A model generated the notes under the pieces. It saw only the letters and a list, made by a program, of their open reading frames with translations, was not told where the DNA came from and did no database searches. From an uncultured Acidobacteriota bacterium (GTDB taxonomy: Bacteria; Acidobacteriota; Blastocatellia; RBC074), in contig CAWCKY010000004.1 of NCBI GenBank assembly GCA_963796275.1, forward strand, positions 224,001 to 288,000: 64,000 bases of DNA. Reading direction: 5' to 3'. Below, one piece after another: positions 13,436 to 24,296 of this stretch (position 1 is its first letter; the number at the start of each line of letters is the position of its first letter). The position numbers and the translations under genes are program-made.

Positions 13436-14187
13436 ACTGCACACACATCAATAGACTGATCCCGCTTTACGTTAGCGGAGATTTAAATCCGCAAGAGATT
13501 AACGGCGTGCGAAAGCACATCGAAACGTGCGAGCTATGCCGCGACCTGGTAGCTGAGTTCGAAGAGAGTCAGAGCTGGCTGCGCGATTTTTCTTCGCCAC
13601 TGTTCGATGATGCGGTTTTTGACAATCTGCGTAATGCGATCCGAGAAGAGATCGCCCGGGCAGGGTCCAGGCCGTCGTTATTCGAGCTGCTGCCGCCCAT
13701 CTGGAATTGGCGGTCTGTGATCGCGGCTTCATCGGCAGTGGTGCTATTGACTGCGGGTTTATTGCTTTATACCGGCCAGCCAAAATCGCCGGAAAAGCCA
13801 CTCATAGTGAATGAGGAAACAGTTCCCGTTCCAAAAGTTGTGACTGAACAGAACCATCGAGATGTCATCGACATAGGCGAGCAACGGCATTCCGACCGGC
13901 AGAAGTCGGCCGCATCTCATCGCACGCATCACTACCCGGCTCCTTTGGTAGTCAATACGAAATATGAGACACAACTGCCGGTTCTTGGAGTTATCGCTTT
14001 AAATAACCACTTCATAGGGCGTCATTTGGGTATCGAAGAGCGCGCGCTTCCGTCTCAATCCGATATTACATTGGACCGGAATGAGGATCGAGAGATGCTG
14101 AGGATTGAGATGCAAACTGCCGATCCGAATATTCGGATAATCTGGTTCGTTCCGAAGGATGATACGACACCAACATTTAGTCATTGA
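13432..14187 (+). CDS. zf-HC2 single-TM anti-sigma factor
   Basis: HIETCELC (HxxxCxxC), one TM segment, ATGA overlap with the sigma gene. Confidence 0.85.
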   Translation: MNCTHINRLIPLYVSGDLNPQEINGVRKHIETCELCRDLVAEFEESQSWLRDFSSPLFDDAVFDNLRNAIREEIARAGSRPSLFELLPPIWNWRSVIAASSAVVLLTAGLLLYTGQPKSPEKPLIVNEETVPVPKVVTEQNHRDVIDIGEQRHSDRQKSAASHRTHHYPAPLVVNTKYETQLPVLGVIALNNHFIGRHLGIEERALPSQSDITLDRNEDREMLRIEMQTADPNIRIIWFVPKDDTTPTFSH

Positions 14188-14207
14188 TCGAGACCAAGGG
14201 AGAAGCT

Positions 14208-15038
14208 ATGTTTTACAGAACCGCCAAAAACATCAACACCTTCCTTCTGCTTCTTTTACTTAGCACATCTGTTCTAAGTCAGCAGAAACCGGAAACAGAA
14301 AAATCCCCTGACTATGTCGATTTCAACGGATTCAAAGGGAAGATATTTGAGATAAGACATGGCGACCCGCGCCGTATCGCATCAATAATCAGCCCGCTCG
14401 GGAGCGGGTTTAAGGGAGCCACGATACAAGCCAGTCGCGATCCCAATTTTATTACGGTCCGTGATTTCCCCGAAAATATCGCAGTCATCGAAGAAGCCAT
14501 CAAACGACTGGATGTGGCAACACCCCCGCCACCCCCGCCACCCCCGCCATCTAATAATCGCCCTCCCAACCTTGAGATGCGGCTCTTTTTGTTGTTAGCC
14601 TCAAACAAAGAGGGCGCCAGTACTCAGTATCCCGATGAACTTAAGGACGTGCTCAAACAACTCCAGAGCACACTCAATTACAAAAACTATTATCTTCTGA
14701 CGCCAATCGTACAGCGGGTCTATGCACCAGCTGGCGCCCGCGGAGAGGGGGTTACGACTGTAGGCGGACCTCTCTTTATAAAAAACATCAATGCCAAATA
14801 TACCTATACAATTCAGAGATTTCGGACGGAACCTCCACATATAGAGAAGGGGAACTTTTTGCTCGATAGTTTTGAATTCAAGATTGATGGCGTGACCCCC
14901 GAAGACCATTATTTGTTCGGTAGCGCTGGAATAAGCAACCAATTGATGATTCGAGATGGCGAGAAAGTAGTCCTTGGCACTGCCAGTTTGATGGATAAAG
15001 CGCTGGTTCTGGTGCTTTCGGTAAGAATCGTTCCATAA
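14208..15038 (+). CDS. Exported protein with secretin N-domain-like module
   Basis: Signal peptide; IFEIRHGDP...NFITVRDFPENIAVIEEAIKRLD resembles the secretin N3/NolW repeat; poly-Pro linker. Confidence 0.65.
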   Translation: MFYRTAKNINTFLLLLLLSTSVLSQQKPETEKSPDYVDFNGFKGKIFEIRHGDPRRIASIISPLGSGFKGATIQASRDPNFITVRDFPENIAVIEEAIKRLDVATPPPPPPPPPSNNRPPNLEMRLFLLLASNKEGASTQYPDELKDVLKQLQSTLNYKNYYLLTPIVQRVYAPAGARGEGVTTVGGPLFIKNINAKYTYTIQRFRTEPPHIEKGNFLLDSFEFKIDGVTPEDHYLFGSAGISNQLMIRDGEKVVLGTASLMDKALVLVLSVRIVP

Positions 15039-15223
15039 ATATATTGTAACAACCATGGATCGGCTCGGATGCGGCGGATCGACGCGGATAAAATCCGTGA
15101 GAATCCGTCGCATCCGTGTCAACCTGTGGTTTAACGACAATATCTCACCCTTTCAACATCCCACCTCTTGCTGTATAACAGCACCGACCATCACACAAGC
15201 TCACTACAACAATGAGGTAAAAA

Positions 15224-16138
15224 ATGATGAGACTCACCCTAGCGACCTGCGCTTCCCTGCTGCTGACGTTCTACGCTTTTGCTACTGCGTTAGCGCAAAA
15301 CTCAAATCAAACTTCGAATCAACCGCCCGCACAGCCCCTCTGGTCCGAAGGCGCGCCCGGAGCGAAAGGAACTCAACCCGAAGACATTCCGAGCATCCAG
15401 CTCTACCAGGCTTCCGCAGACAAGGCTACGGGATCGGCGGTCGTCGTCTGCCCCGGCGGCGGTTATCGCCATTTAGCACCGCACGAGGGCCACGATATCG
15501 CCGTCTGGCTCAACAGCATCGGCGTGACGGCGGTCGTTTTGAAATATCGCCTTGCGCCCAATTACGGCCATCCCGCGCCGATGCAGGATGCGCTGCGCGC
15601 CATCCGCACCGTGCGCGCAAAAGCGGCCGATTGGAAGATCGATCCGATTCGAATAGGGATCATGGGTTTCTCAGCTGGCGGCCATCTCGCTTCGACTGCG
15701 GCGACCCATTTCGATTCAGGCAATCCGAATGCAACCGACTCCATCGAAAAACAGAGCAGCCGGCCGGATCTGCTGATCCTGGGCTATCCGGTCGTCACGA
15801 TGACGCAAACTACCACGCATTCCGGCTCGCGCCAGAACCTGCTCGGCAAAGAGCCATCGCAGGAGTTGGCCGATTTGATGTCGAATGAAAAACAGGTCAC
15901 CGATAAGACCCCGCCGACATTCTTCTTCCATACGGAAGACGATAAGGCGGTTCCGGTCGAGAACAGCCTTCTGTTTGCTGCGGCACTGAGAAAAGCGAAA
16001 GTGCCGTATGAACTGCACGTCTATCAAACCGGCAGACACGGCGTGGGATTGGCGCAAGACAATCCGGCGCTGAATACATGGCCGAAGCTGCTGGAAAACT
16101 GGCTGCGTGCTCAAGGCTTCCTTAATCAACCTCGGTGA
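15224..16138 (+). CDS. Exported alpha/beta hydrolase (carbohydrate esterase-like)
   Basis: PGGGY oxyanion motif, GFSAGG nucleophile elbow, GRHGVGL His motif. Confidence 0.9.
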   Translation: MMRLTLATCASLLLTFYAFATALAQNSNQTSNQPPAQPLWSEGAPGAKGTQPEDIPSIQLYQASADKATGSAVVVCPGGGYRHLAPHEGHDIAVWLNSIGVTAVVLKYRLAPNYGHPAPMQDALRAIRTVRAKAADWKIDPIRIGIMGFSAGGHLASTAATHFDSGNPNATDSIEKQSSRPDLLILGYPVVTMTQTTTHSGSRQNLLGKEPSQELADLMSNEKQVTDKTPPTFFFHTEDDKAVPVENSLLFAAALRKAKVPYELHVYQTGRHGVGLAQDNPALNTWPKLLENWLRAQGFLNQPR

Positions 16139-16236
16139 TAATTAGGGACTCGCCAGAAATTCGCAAAAATTACAAATAATATAAACGAATCGGTTAAATT
16201 GCCTCGTTACCAATGCTCGCGTAAAATCTCACCGCT

Positions 16237-17703
16237 ATGAGCAATACCCGAATCCGTTCGTTCGCGATTTTCTTCATTTCTTGTTCAATTCTCGCATTCT
16301 CGACCGGCGCGCAACGTCGCGACCAAACGCCGAGCTACGGCTATAGTTCACAACTTCTGAACGAATTGAAACAATTACAACAAGCTGCGCTGGCTAGCGA
16401 TTACGCGCTCAGGCAGACCGCTTATCTGTGCAACAACATCGGACCACGATTGAGCGGCTCACCCCAGGCGCAACGTGCGGTCGAATATGTAGCCGAGGAG
16501 ATGCGCAAGCTCGGTCTCGAAGTGAAGCTTGAGAAGATGATGGTCCCGCACTGGGTGCGCGGCATCGAGACCGGCGAATTGACGCAATTTCCCGGCATGG
16601 CTCGGGGCACGACACAGAAGATCGTTCTGACAGCGCTCGGCGGGAGCGTCGCGACGCCTGCCGATGGCCTGCTCGCCCCAGTCGTCGTCGTCAATAACTT
16701 CGGTGAACTGAATGCGCTCGGCGAAGGCGGCGTAAAAAACAAGATCGTTCTCTTCAATGTGAAGTTCGATGAGCAGTTGCAGGCACAAGGATTCGGCGGC
16801 GATGCCTATGGCCAATCGGTGATCTATCGCGGTGGTGGCGCGAGCGCAGCGGCGCGGTTGGGCGCGGTTGCCGCTTTAAACCGTTCAGCGGGCGGCGGCG
16901 CCTTTCGGCTGCCTCATACAGGCAGCACGCGCTACGTCGATGGCGTGCGGCGGATACCTGCCGCAGCGGTCACGGCTGAAGACGCTGAACTCATCGAACA
17001 GCTTGCGGCGCAGGGTGAAGTAAAAATGCGGCTCGTGCTCACACCTCAGACTTTGCCCGATGTCGAAAGCCACAATGTCATCGCGGATATTAAAGGCAGC
17101 GAATCGCCCGATCAGATCGTCATCGTCTCCGGCCACCTCGATTCCTGGGACCTTGGCACAGGGGCGCTCGATGATGCAGCCGGCGTGGCCGTCTCTATGC
17201 AGGTCGCGAACCTGTGCAAACAGCTGAAGCTCAAACCCAAACGCTCGATTCGCATGATCGCGTGGATGAATGAGGAGAACGGCCTGGCAGGCGGCAGGAC
17301 CTACTTTCAAAATCAGGCGAACAATATCGCCAACCACATTGCGGCGATTGAAAGCGATCTGGGCGCGGGGCATCCGATAGGTTTTTTTGCTCGCGTCATG
17401 CCGGACGCATTACCTATGCTGCAACCCGTGGCCAATATTTTACGAAGTTCGGGTGCCGGGGTAATTCGAGTAGTGACCGATTCCGTCGGCGCCGATATCT
17501 CTCCGCTCGAACGGGCGGGCGTGCCCGGATTCGCGCCAATCCAGGATGAGCGGACTTATTTCAATTATCATCACACACCCGCTGATACGTTCGATAAGAT
17601 CAATCCCCGTGAATTGGCGGAGAACGCGGCGGTGATGGCCGTTCTGGCTTATGCGATTGCAAATCTGCCGGAGCCGTTGCCCAAGCAAACCGGTAATAAT
17701 TAA
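16237..17703 (+). CDS. M28 family peptidase (carboxypeptidase Q-like)
   Basis: IGPRLSGS, GHLDSWD, GALDD, NEENG, YHHT motifs. Confidence 0.9.
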   Translation: MSNTRIRSFAIFFISCSILAFSTGAQRRDQTPSYGYSSQLLNELKQLQQAALASDYALRQTAYLCNNIGPRLSGSPQAQRAVEYVAEEMRKLGLEVKLEKMMVPHWVRGIETGELTQFPGMARGTTQKIVLTALGGSVATPADGLLAPVVVVNNFGELNALGEGGVKNKIVLFNVKFDEQLQAQGFGGDAYGQSVIYRGGGASAAARLGAVAALNRSAGGGAFRLPHTGSTRYVDGVRRIPAAAVTAEDAELIEQLAAQGEVKMRLVLTPQTLPDVESHNVIADIKGSESPDQIVIVSGHLDSWDLGTGALDDAAGVAVSMQVANLCKQLKLKPKRSIRMIAWMNEENGLAGGRTYFQNQANNIANHIAAIESDLGAGHPIGFFARVMPDALPMLQPVANILRSSGAGVIRVVTDSVGADISPLERAGVPGFAPIQDERTYFNYHHTPADTFDKINPRELAENAAVMAVLAYAIANLPEPLPKQTGNN

Positions 17704-17781
17704 ACGATGAATGTTTTCGGTTTTCAGTTTTCAGATGACCTTCAAACTTAAAACTGAGACCCGAAAGTAACGGCTCAGACG

Positions 17782-18335
17782 CTTCCCCGCGTTAGCGGCG
17801 TTTGATTGTAGCCGTGGGGGACTTCGCCCGTTAGCGGCGGTTGATTGTAGCCGTGGGCCACTTCGCCGCGTTAGCGGCGGTTGATTGTAGCCGTGGGCCA
17901 CTTCGCCCGTTAGCGGCGTTTGATTGTAGCCGTGGGGCACTTCGCCCGTTAGCCGCGGTTGATTGTAGCCGTGGGGCACTTCGCCGCGTTAGCGGCGGTT
18001 GATTGTAGCCGTGGGCCACTTCGCCGCGTTAGCGGCGGTTGATTGTAGCCGTGGGCCACTTCGCCGCGTTAGCGGCGGTTGATTGTAGCCGTGGGCCACT
18101 TCGCCGCGTTAGCGGCGGTTGATTGTAGCCGTGGGCCACTTCGCCGCGTTAGCGGCGGTTGATTGTAGCCGTGGGCCACTTCGCCGCGTTAGCGGCGGTT
18201 GATTGTAGCCGTGGGCCACTTCGCCGCGTTAGCGGCGGTTGATTGTAGCCGTGGGCCACTTCGCCGCGTTAGCGGCGGTTGATTGTAGCCGTGGGCCACT
18301 TCGCCGCGTTAGCGGCGGTTGATTGTAGCCGTGGG
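17782..18335. repeat. Tandem array of 14 units (39-40 bp) of the REPIN left end
   Basis: Consensus CTTCGCCGCGTTAGCGGCGGTTGATTGTAGCCGTGGGCCA. Units 3 and 6-13 are identical; units 1, 2, 4 and 5 are variant; unit 14 continues into the intact REP. No spacers. Confidence 0.95.
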
Positions 18336-18345
18336 TTTTAACCCA

Positions 18346-19736
18346 CTGGTATCTACACATTTCCGACGGTTAGGAATAGCCTGGCACAATGAGCCGGGCC
18401 ATCTGTTTAAGGTCATTGAGGTCATAATGTTCGAGCAATTCAAGTGTCGACAAGAAACTCCAAAACCCAGCCAACAATGCTGGTGCAGTGGGTTGCCCAC
18501 GCCGAACTTGTCGACCGCTCAATCGCACCAAGAGATTGCGCAGGGTGACCGTCTGCGGATCCGTTGCGCGTTGGATGTGCCAGACTACGACACAAGCCAT
18601 GGCCACCACCAACAAACGTTTGGCAATCGCCTCAGCAGTTTCCTGCTGCCACTGGTCGACTTGGAAACCATGGCTTTTAAGCAACTTGAAGTAAGATTCA
18701 ATTCTCCAGCGCCAGTAGTACCATTCGGCCAGTTGCTCAGCGCTGATGCCAGCCGGCACGTTACTGAGCAAGTACCATTCAGCCGCAATCGTTTCATCGG
18801 GCAAGCGCAGTTGACAGACAATCAAGCGCAGTTCGAGCGGCTCACCTTTGATCCATTGACGCTTGCCCCCGTCGCGCGCGCGGGGAAAGGCCGGACGATC
18901 AATGACGATGCTGGTTTCGCCCACAAACAGTTGCCCAATGAGATTGGCCGAAATCTCTACCGCTTGGCTAGCGCGCAAGGCGACCTGTGCTGCGACCTGG
19001 CTCAACGGTTGTGTCCGCTCCTGCCAAACAACTCTCTGTTCCCCGTTGGCACGTACTTCAAACAGATGGCCTTCACTATTCCATTGACGATAGTGAAAGA
19101 TCGAGTCGCCTTCCCGATCAATGATGTGGACCAGCGGCAACGACAGTTTTTGCTTCTGCGAAGCCCGCATTGTCTGGCTCACCAATCCCAGGGGCGACCA
19201 ATCTCTGTGCCTCTCTTCATCAAGCGTTGTGTGCCATCCATCATTGGCCCACAGCCCAAGGCTGATCGGCGCTATCGGCGCCCCGCTCTGGTCGCTCAGC
19301 AGCAACGTGGTCGCCAGTTTGTAGCCCAAGTCGCTGCCGATTTTTTTCCGATCCTTCTTGCTCGTGTGCGTTCCGTAGCGCAGATCAGACCAGTCGTGGA
19401 TCGCCAGTCCATACCGTCGACAGACAAGCGGCATCTCCCGCCGAGCTTGTTCTACCAACGGTTCGACCAGCCCCGTCAGCTTCACATTGGGGTTGGCATA
19501 AAATCGCCAGGCCGCTTGCGTGCTGGCAAACGCTTCATTAACGCTCGGCAGCGCACGCGATCCAGCAGCTTGATTCTCGCTTGTATGGAGATGTTCATTC
19601 ACCAGCCTCTCATACCGTCTTTGCAAACGGGGGTCAAATGGAGGTTTGAGGAGAAACATTCAAAGAGCATATTCTTCGGTAGGTTTGATTGCGATAACTC
19701 TTTGCAACCAAACGCAAAAACTTGTGTAGATACCAG
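18346..19736 (-). mobile_element. IS4-family (IS50/Tn5-like) IS, copy 1, 1391 bp
   Basis: IRs CTGGTATCTACACA; direct repeat TGGGTTTTAACCCA at 18332-18345 and 19737-19750. Confidence 0.95.
18370..19659 (-). CDS. IS4-family DDE transposase
   Basis: AAWRFYAN, AIHDWSD, IIDREGD, YYWRWRIESYFKLLK (YREK signature). Confidence 0.95.
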   Translation of the reverse strand: MFLLKPPFDPRLQRRYERLVNEHLHTSENQAAGSRALPSVNEAFASTQAAWRFYANPNVKLTGLVEPLVEQARREMPLVCRRYGLAIHDWSDLRYGTHTSKKDRKKIGSDLGYKLATTLLLSDQSGAPIAPISLGLWANDGWHTTLDEERHRDWSPLGLVSQTMRASQKQKLSLPLVHIIDREGDSIFHYRQWNSEGHLFEVRANGEQRVVWQERTQPLSQVAAQVALRASQAVEISANLIGQLFVGETSIVIDRPAFPRARDGGKRQWIKGEPLELRLIVCQLRLPDETIAAEWYLLSNVPAGISAEQLAEWYYWRWRIESYFKLLKSHGFQVDQWQQETAEAIAKRLLVVAMACVVVWHIQRATDPQTVTLRNLLVRLSGRQVRRGQPTAPALLAGFWSFLSTLELLEHYDLNDLKQMARLIVPGYS

Positions 19737-19856
19737 TGGGTTTTAACCCACGGTAGTAGTACGAAATTCTACCGCGTCGCGTCAGCGACGGTTGAATTCA
19801 AGCGTCGCTGACGCGACGCGGGAATATACTTCAAGCCTTCCGTGGGTTAAAACCCA

Positions 19857-21247
19857 CTGGTATCTACACATTTCCGACGGTTAGGAATAGCCTGGCACAA
19901 TGAGCCGGGCCATCTGTTTAAGGTCATTGAGGTCATAATGTTCGAGCAATTCAAGTGTCGACAAGAAACTCCAAAACCCAGCCAACAATGCTGGTGCAGT
20001 GGGTTGCCCACGCCGAACTTGTCGACCGCTCAATCGCACCAAGAGATTGCGCAGGGTGACCGTCTGCGGATCCGTTGCGCGTTGGATGTGCCAGACTACG
20101 ACACAAGCCATGGCCACCACCAACAAACGTTTGGCAATCGCCTCAGCAGTTTCCTGCTGCCACTGGTCGACTTGGAAACCATGGCTTTTAAGCAACTTGA
20201 AGTAAGATTCAATTCTCCAGCGCCAGTAGTACCATTCGGCCAGTTGCTCAGCGCTGATGCCAGCCGGCACGTTACTGAGCAAGTACCATTCAGCCGCAAT
20301 CGTTTCATCGGGCAAGCGCAGTTGACAGACAATCAAGCGCAGTTCGAGCGGCTCACCTTTGATCCATTGACGCTTGCCCCCGTCGCGCGCGCGGGGAAAG
20401 GCCGGACGATCAATGACGATGCTGGTTTCGCCCACAAACAGTTGCCCAATGAGATTGGCCGAAATCTCTACCGCTTGGCTAGCGCGCAAGGCGACCTGTG
20501 CTGCGACCTGGCTCAACGGTTGTGTCCGCTCCTGCCAAACAACTCTCTGTTCCCCGTTGGCACGTACTTCAAACAGATGGCCTTCACTATTCCATTGACG
20601 ATAGTGAAAGATCGAGTCGCCTTCCCGATCAATGATGTGGACCAGCGGCAACGACAGTTTTTGCTTCTGCGAAGCCCGCATTGTCTGGCTCACCAATCCC
20701 AGGGGCGACCAATCTCTGTGCCTCTCTTCATCAAGCGTTGTGTGCCATCCATCATTGGCCCACAGCCCAAGGCTGATCGGCGCTATCGGCGCCCCGCTCT
20801 GGTCGCTCAGCAGCAACGTGGTCGCCAGTTTGTAGCCCAAGTCGCTGCCGATTTTTTTCCGATCCTTCTTGCTCGTGTGCGTTCCGTAGCGCAGATCAGA
20901 CCAGTCGTGGATCGCCAGTCCATACCGTCGACAGACAAGCGGCATCTCCCGCCGAGCTTGTTCTACCAACGGTTCGACCAGCCCCGTCAGCTTCACATTG
21001 GGGTTGGCATAAAATCGCCAGGCCGCTTGCGTGCTGGCAAACGCTTCATTAACGCTCGGCAGCGCACGCGATCCAGCAGCTTGATTCTCGCTTGTATGGA
21101 GATGTTCATTCACCAGCCTCTCATACCGTCTTTGCAAACGGGGGTCAAATGGAGGTTTGAGGAGAAACATTCAAAGAGCATATTCTTCGGTAGGTTTGAT
21201 TGCGATAACTCTTTGCAACCAAACGCAAAAACTTGTGTAGATACCAG
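19857..21247 (-). mobile_element. IS4-family IS, copy 2, 1391 bp
   Basis: Same IRs; direct repeat TGGGTTAAAACCCA at 19843-19856 and 21248-21261. Confidence 0.95.
19881..21170 (-). CDS. IS4-family DDE transposase (protein identical to copy 1)
   Basis: Identical 429-aa translation. Confidence 0.95.
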   Translation of the reverse strand: MFLLKPPFDPRLQRRYERLVNEHLHTSENQAAGSRALPSVNEAFASTQAAWRFYANPNVKLTGLVEPLVEQARREMPLVCRRYGLAIHDWSDLRYGTHTSKKDRKKIGSDLGYKLATTLLLSDQSGAPIAPISLGLWANDGWHTTLDEERHRDWSPLGLVSQTMRASQKQKLSLPLVHIIDREGDSIFHYRQWNSEGHLFEVRANGEQRVVWQERTQPLSQVAAQVALRASQAVEISANLIGQLFVGETSIVIDRPAFPRARDGGKRQWIKGEPLELRLIVCQLRLPDETIAAEWYLLSNVPAGISAEQLAEWYYWRWRIESYFKLLKSHGFQVDQWQQETAEAIAKRLLVVAMACVVVWHIQRATDPQTVTLRNLLVRLSGRQVRRGQPTAPALLAGFWSFLSTLELLEHYDLNDLKQMARLIVPGYS

Positions 21248-21414
21248 TGGGTTAAAACCCACGGCTACAATCAACCGCCGCTAACGCGGCGAAGCGTATG
21301 AGCGATGAGATCGGAAAAGTTGACAGACTGACTGGTGAATCGTCCGCGCCGCGACGCATTCGCCTTTCTGTCACAACTGAAACCCATTTTTTGAGGAGCA
21401 CACGAGGAGCACAC

Positions 21415-22290
21415 ATGGAAATGCATGATGAATTAAAAGGCCTGTTCCCACCGGCGCCGGAGGTAACACGCCGCACATTTGTAGTCACGTCTTTATCGGC
21501 AGGTTTCGCGCTCGCCGTCCAGCCGATTCAAGCGCAGAGCATCATTACGACTGATAACAACGGTCTGACAGAAGGTGAAGTGAAAATACCAGTTAAGGGA
21601 GGCGAGGTTCCGGCTTATAGGGCCGCGCCAACAAGAGGCAGAAACTTCCCGACCGTTCTGGTGGTACAAGAGATATTCGGCGTCCACGAACACATTAAGG
21701 ATATCTGCCGACGGTTTGCCAAGCTCGGCTATCTGGCCATCGCTCCGGAGATGTATGCGCGGCAGGGCGATGTATCGAAAATGACCAACATCAATGAAAT
21801 CATCCAGAAGGTCGTCTCAAAAGTACCGGATGATCAAGTTATAGCGGATATTGATGCGACGGTGGCCTGGGCCAAGAAGAACAACGGTGATACCGATAAG
21901 CTCGCCATCACCGGCTTCTGCTGGGGCGGCCGCACCGTCTGGCTCTATGCCGCACACAATCCCAAACTGAAAGCAGGCGTCGCCTGGTACGGTCGGATCG
22001 TCGGCACCACAGATGAGCTGCATCCGAAGAACCCGATAGATGTAGTCAAGGACCTGAAAGCTCCGGTACTCGGACTTTATGGTGGAGCTGATCAAGGTAT
22101 CCCCAATGAAACCGTCGAACAAATGCAGAAGGCGCTGAAAGACGCGGGCAAACCATCTGAGATCAAGCTCTATCCCGATACGCCTCATGGGTTCCACGCC
22201 GATTACCGCCCGAGCTATAGAAAGGAACAAGCGCAGGATGGCTGGAAGCTTTTGCTCGAATGGTTCAATAAGAATGGAGTCGCCGTTTAG
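21415..22290 (+). CDS. Dienelactone hydrolase family protein
   Basis: [22 protein letters not shown]; TRRTF twin-Arg-like motif; GAGGAG RBS before ATG 21415. Confidence 0.92.
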   Translation: MEMHDELKGLFPPAPEVTRRTFVVTSLSAGFALAVQPIQAQSIITTDNNGLTEGEVKIPVKGGEVPAYRAAPTRGRNFPTVLVVQEIFGVHEHIKDICRRFAKLGYLAIAPEMYARQGDVSKMTNINEIIQKVVSKVPDDQVIADIDATVAWAKKNNGDTDKLAITGFCWGGRTVWLYAAHNPKLKAGVAWYGRIVGTTDELHPKNPIDVVKDLKAPVLGLYGGADQGIPNETVEQMQKALKDAGKPSEIKLYPDTPHGFHADYRPSYRKEQAQDGWKLLLEWFNKNGVAV

Positions 22291-22295
22291 GTGAC

Positions 22296-22397
22296 TTTTG
22301 ATTTTAGATTGCGAATTGCGGATTGCAGATTTAAGGTTAATTTAGCAATATTTGGTTTTTGCAAACCACCAATCGGCATTCCGCAATTCGCAATCAA
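22296..22397. repeat. 7-nt-period (GATTGCG/CGCAATC) inverted-repeat spacer
   Basis: GATTGCGAATTGCGGATTGC...CATTCCGCAATTCGCAATC. Confidence 0.6.
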
Positions 22398-22400
22398 ATT

Positions 22401-23222
22401 ATGGCCTACGCACACAAAATCACCGGCGCGCATCCGATAAAACTCAATGACTTCGATCCGGAAGATGACGGAGGACTCGATCGCGTAGTAGGCGAGGAGA
22501 AACTCAAAACTCTGGGTAAGGAGCTGACGCGCCTGCAGGAACTGCTCTACGCCGCTAGCGATAATTCGGTCCTTATAGTGCTGCAGGGGCGCGATACGAG
22601 CGGGAAAGACGGGACTATCAGAGCGGTGATGGGGCCGCTCAACTCGCTCGGCTGCACGGTGGCGTCTTTCAAGGTTCCTACGGAAAAAGAGCTCGCACAT
22701 GATTTCCTCTGGCGCATTCATCAACACACGCCGGCGCGCGGAGAGATCGCGATCTTCAACCGCTCGCATTACGAAGATGTGCTCGCCGTGCGCGTTCAAA
22801 AAATAGTGCCCGACAAAATCTGGCGAGCGCGTTTCGATCACATCAACAACTTTGAAAGACTTTTAACCGACAGCAACACGATCCTTCTCAAGTTCTATCT
22901 TCATATCAGCAAGAAAGAACAGGAGGAACGTCTGCTCGCGCGGGAACAGGAACCCGAGAAATACTGGAAGCTATCGGTCGGCGATTGGAAGGAACGCGAG
23001 AATTGGAACGATTATACGCGCGCCTACGAAGACGCGATCAACCGCTGCAGTACGCCATCTGCCCCGTGGCATATCGTGCCTGCCAACAAAAAGTGGTTCC
23101 GCAACCTGGCCGTAGCTGAAGCCATAGTGAACGCCCTCAGATCGTTACAGAATGGTTGGCGGCGAAAACTCGAGGCAATCGGTAAAAAAGAAAAAGCGGC
23201 AATCGAAGCGTACAGAAGTCAG

Positions 23223-23243
<21 letters not shown>
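22401..23243 (+). CDS. ppk2: Polyphosphate kinase 2 family (class III-like)
   Basis: [36 protein letters not shown]. Confidence 0.92.
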
Positions 23244-24017
<774 letters not shown>

Positions 24018-24296
24018 CGTTCAGGGGAAATACAGAGGGAAAAGAATAAGGTAAAAAGTCGCAATCAAAACCTTTATCAGTTATGCGGCTCTGCCCCACC
24101 CAAGGAGCAAATCTAGTACCATGGGTAGAGCGGAGCGCAAACTCAAAGACGCATCATCAACCAAGCATCAAGCTCCCCAAAGAGCGTAACCGTAAAACGC
24201 CCGATTTATTGCGCCTTACATGATCGACGCTCTTTCGACACTCGGCTCGCGCGCAATTCGCCCCGACCAATCCACGCGGGCCGATTTAGGCATGAC

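Larger units (their letters stand above)
18299..21294. repeat. REPIN-like element (186 bp when both IS are removed) with an IS in each arm
   Basis: Reconstructed 50-bp perfect terminal IR CTTCGCCGCGTTAGCGGCGGTTGATTGTAGCCGTGGGTTTTAACCCACGG; central 18-bp-stem palindrome at 19773-19820. Confidence 0.9.

Noticed and set aside
17782-18335. CRISPR array
   Set aside because: Units are contiguous with no unique spacers, no cas genes are present, and the unit is the REPIN terminus.
18319-19746. 475-aa antisense ORF across the transposase (also in the other copies)
   Set aside because: Shadow frame that starts and stops outside the IS ends, has no recognisable motifs, and recurs only because the copies are near-identical.
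18330-19752. Longer IS terminal IRs including TGGGTT..AACCCA
   Set aside because: Flanks are direct rather than inverted at the central TT/AA and match the empty REP arm, so they are target duplication.
21393-21414. Duplicated RBS GAGGAGCACAC x2
   Set aside because: Real 11-bp duplication, but too small to support a functional claim.
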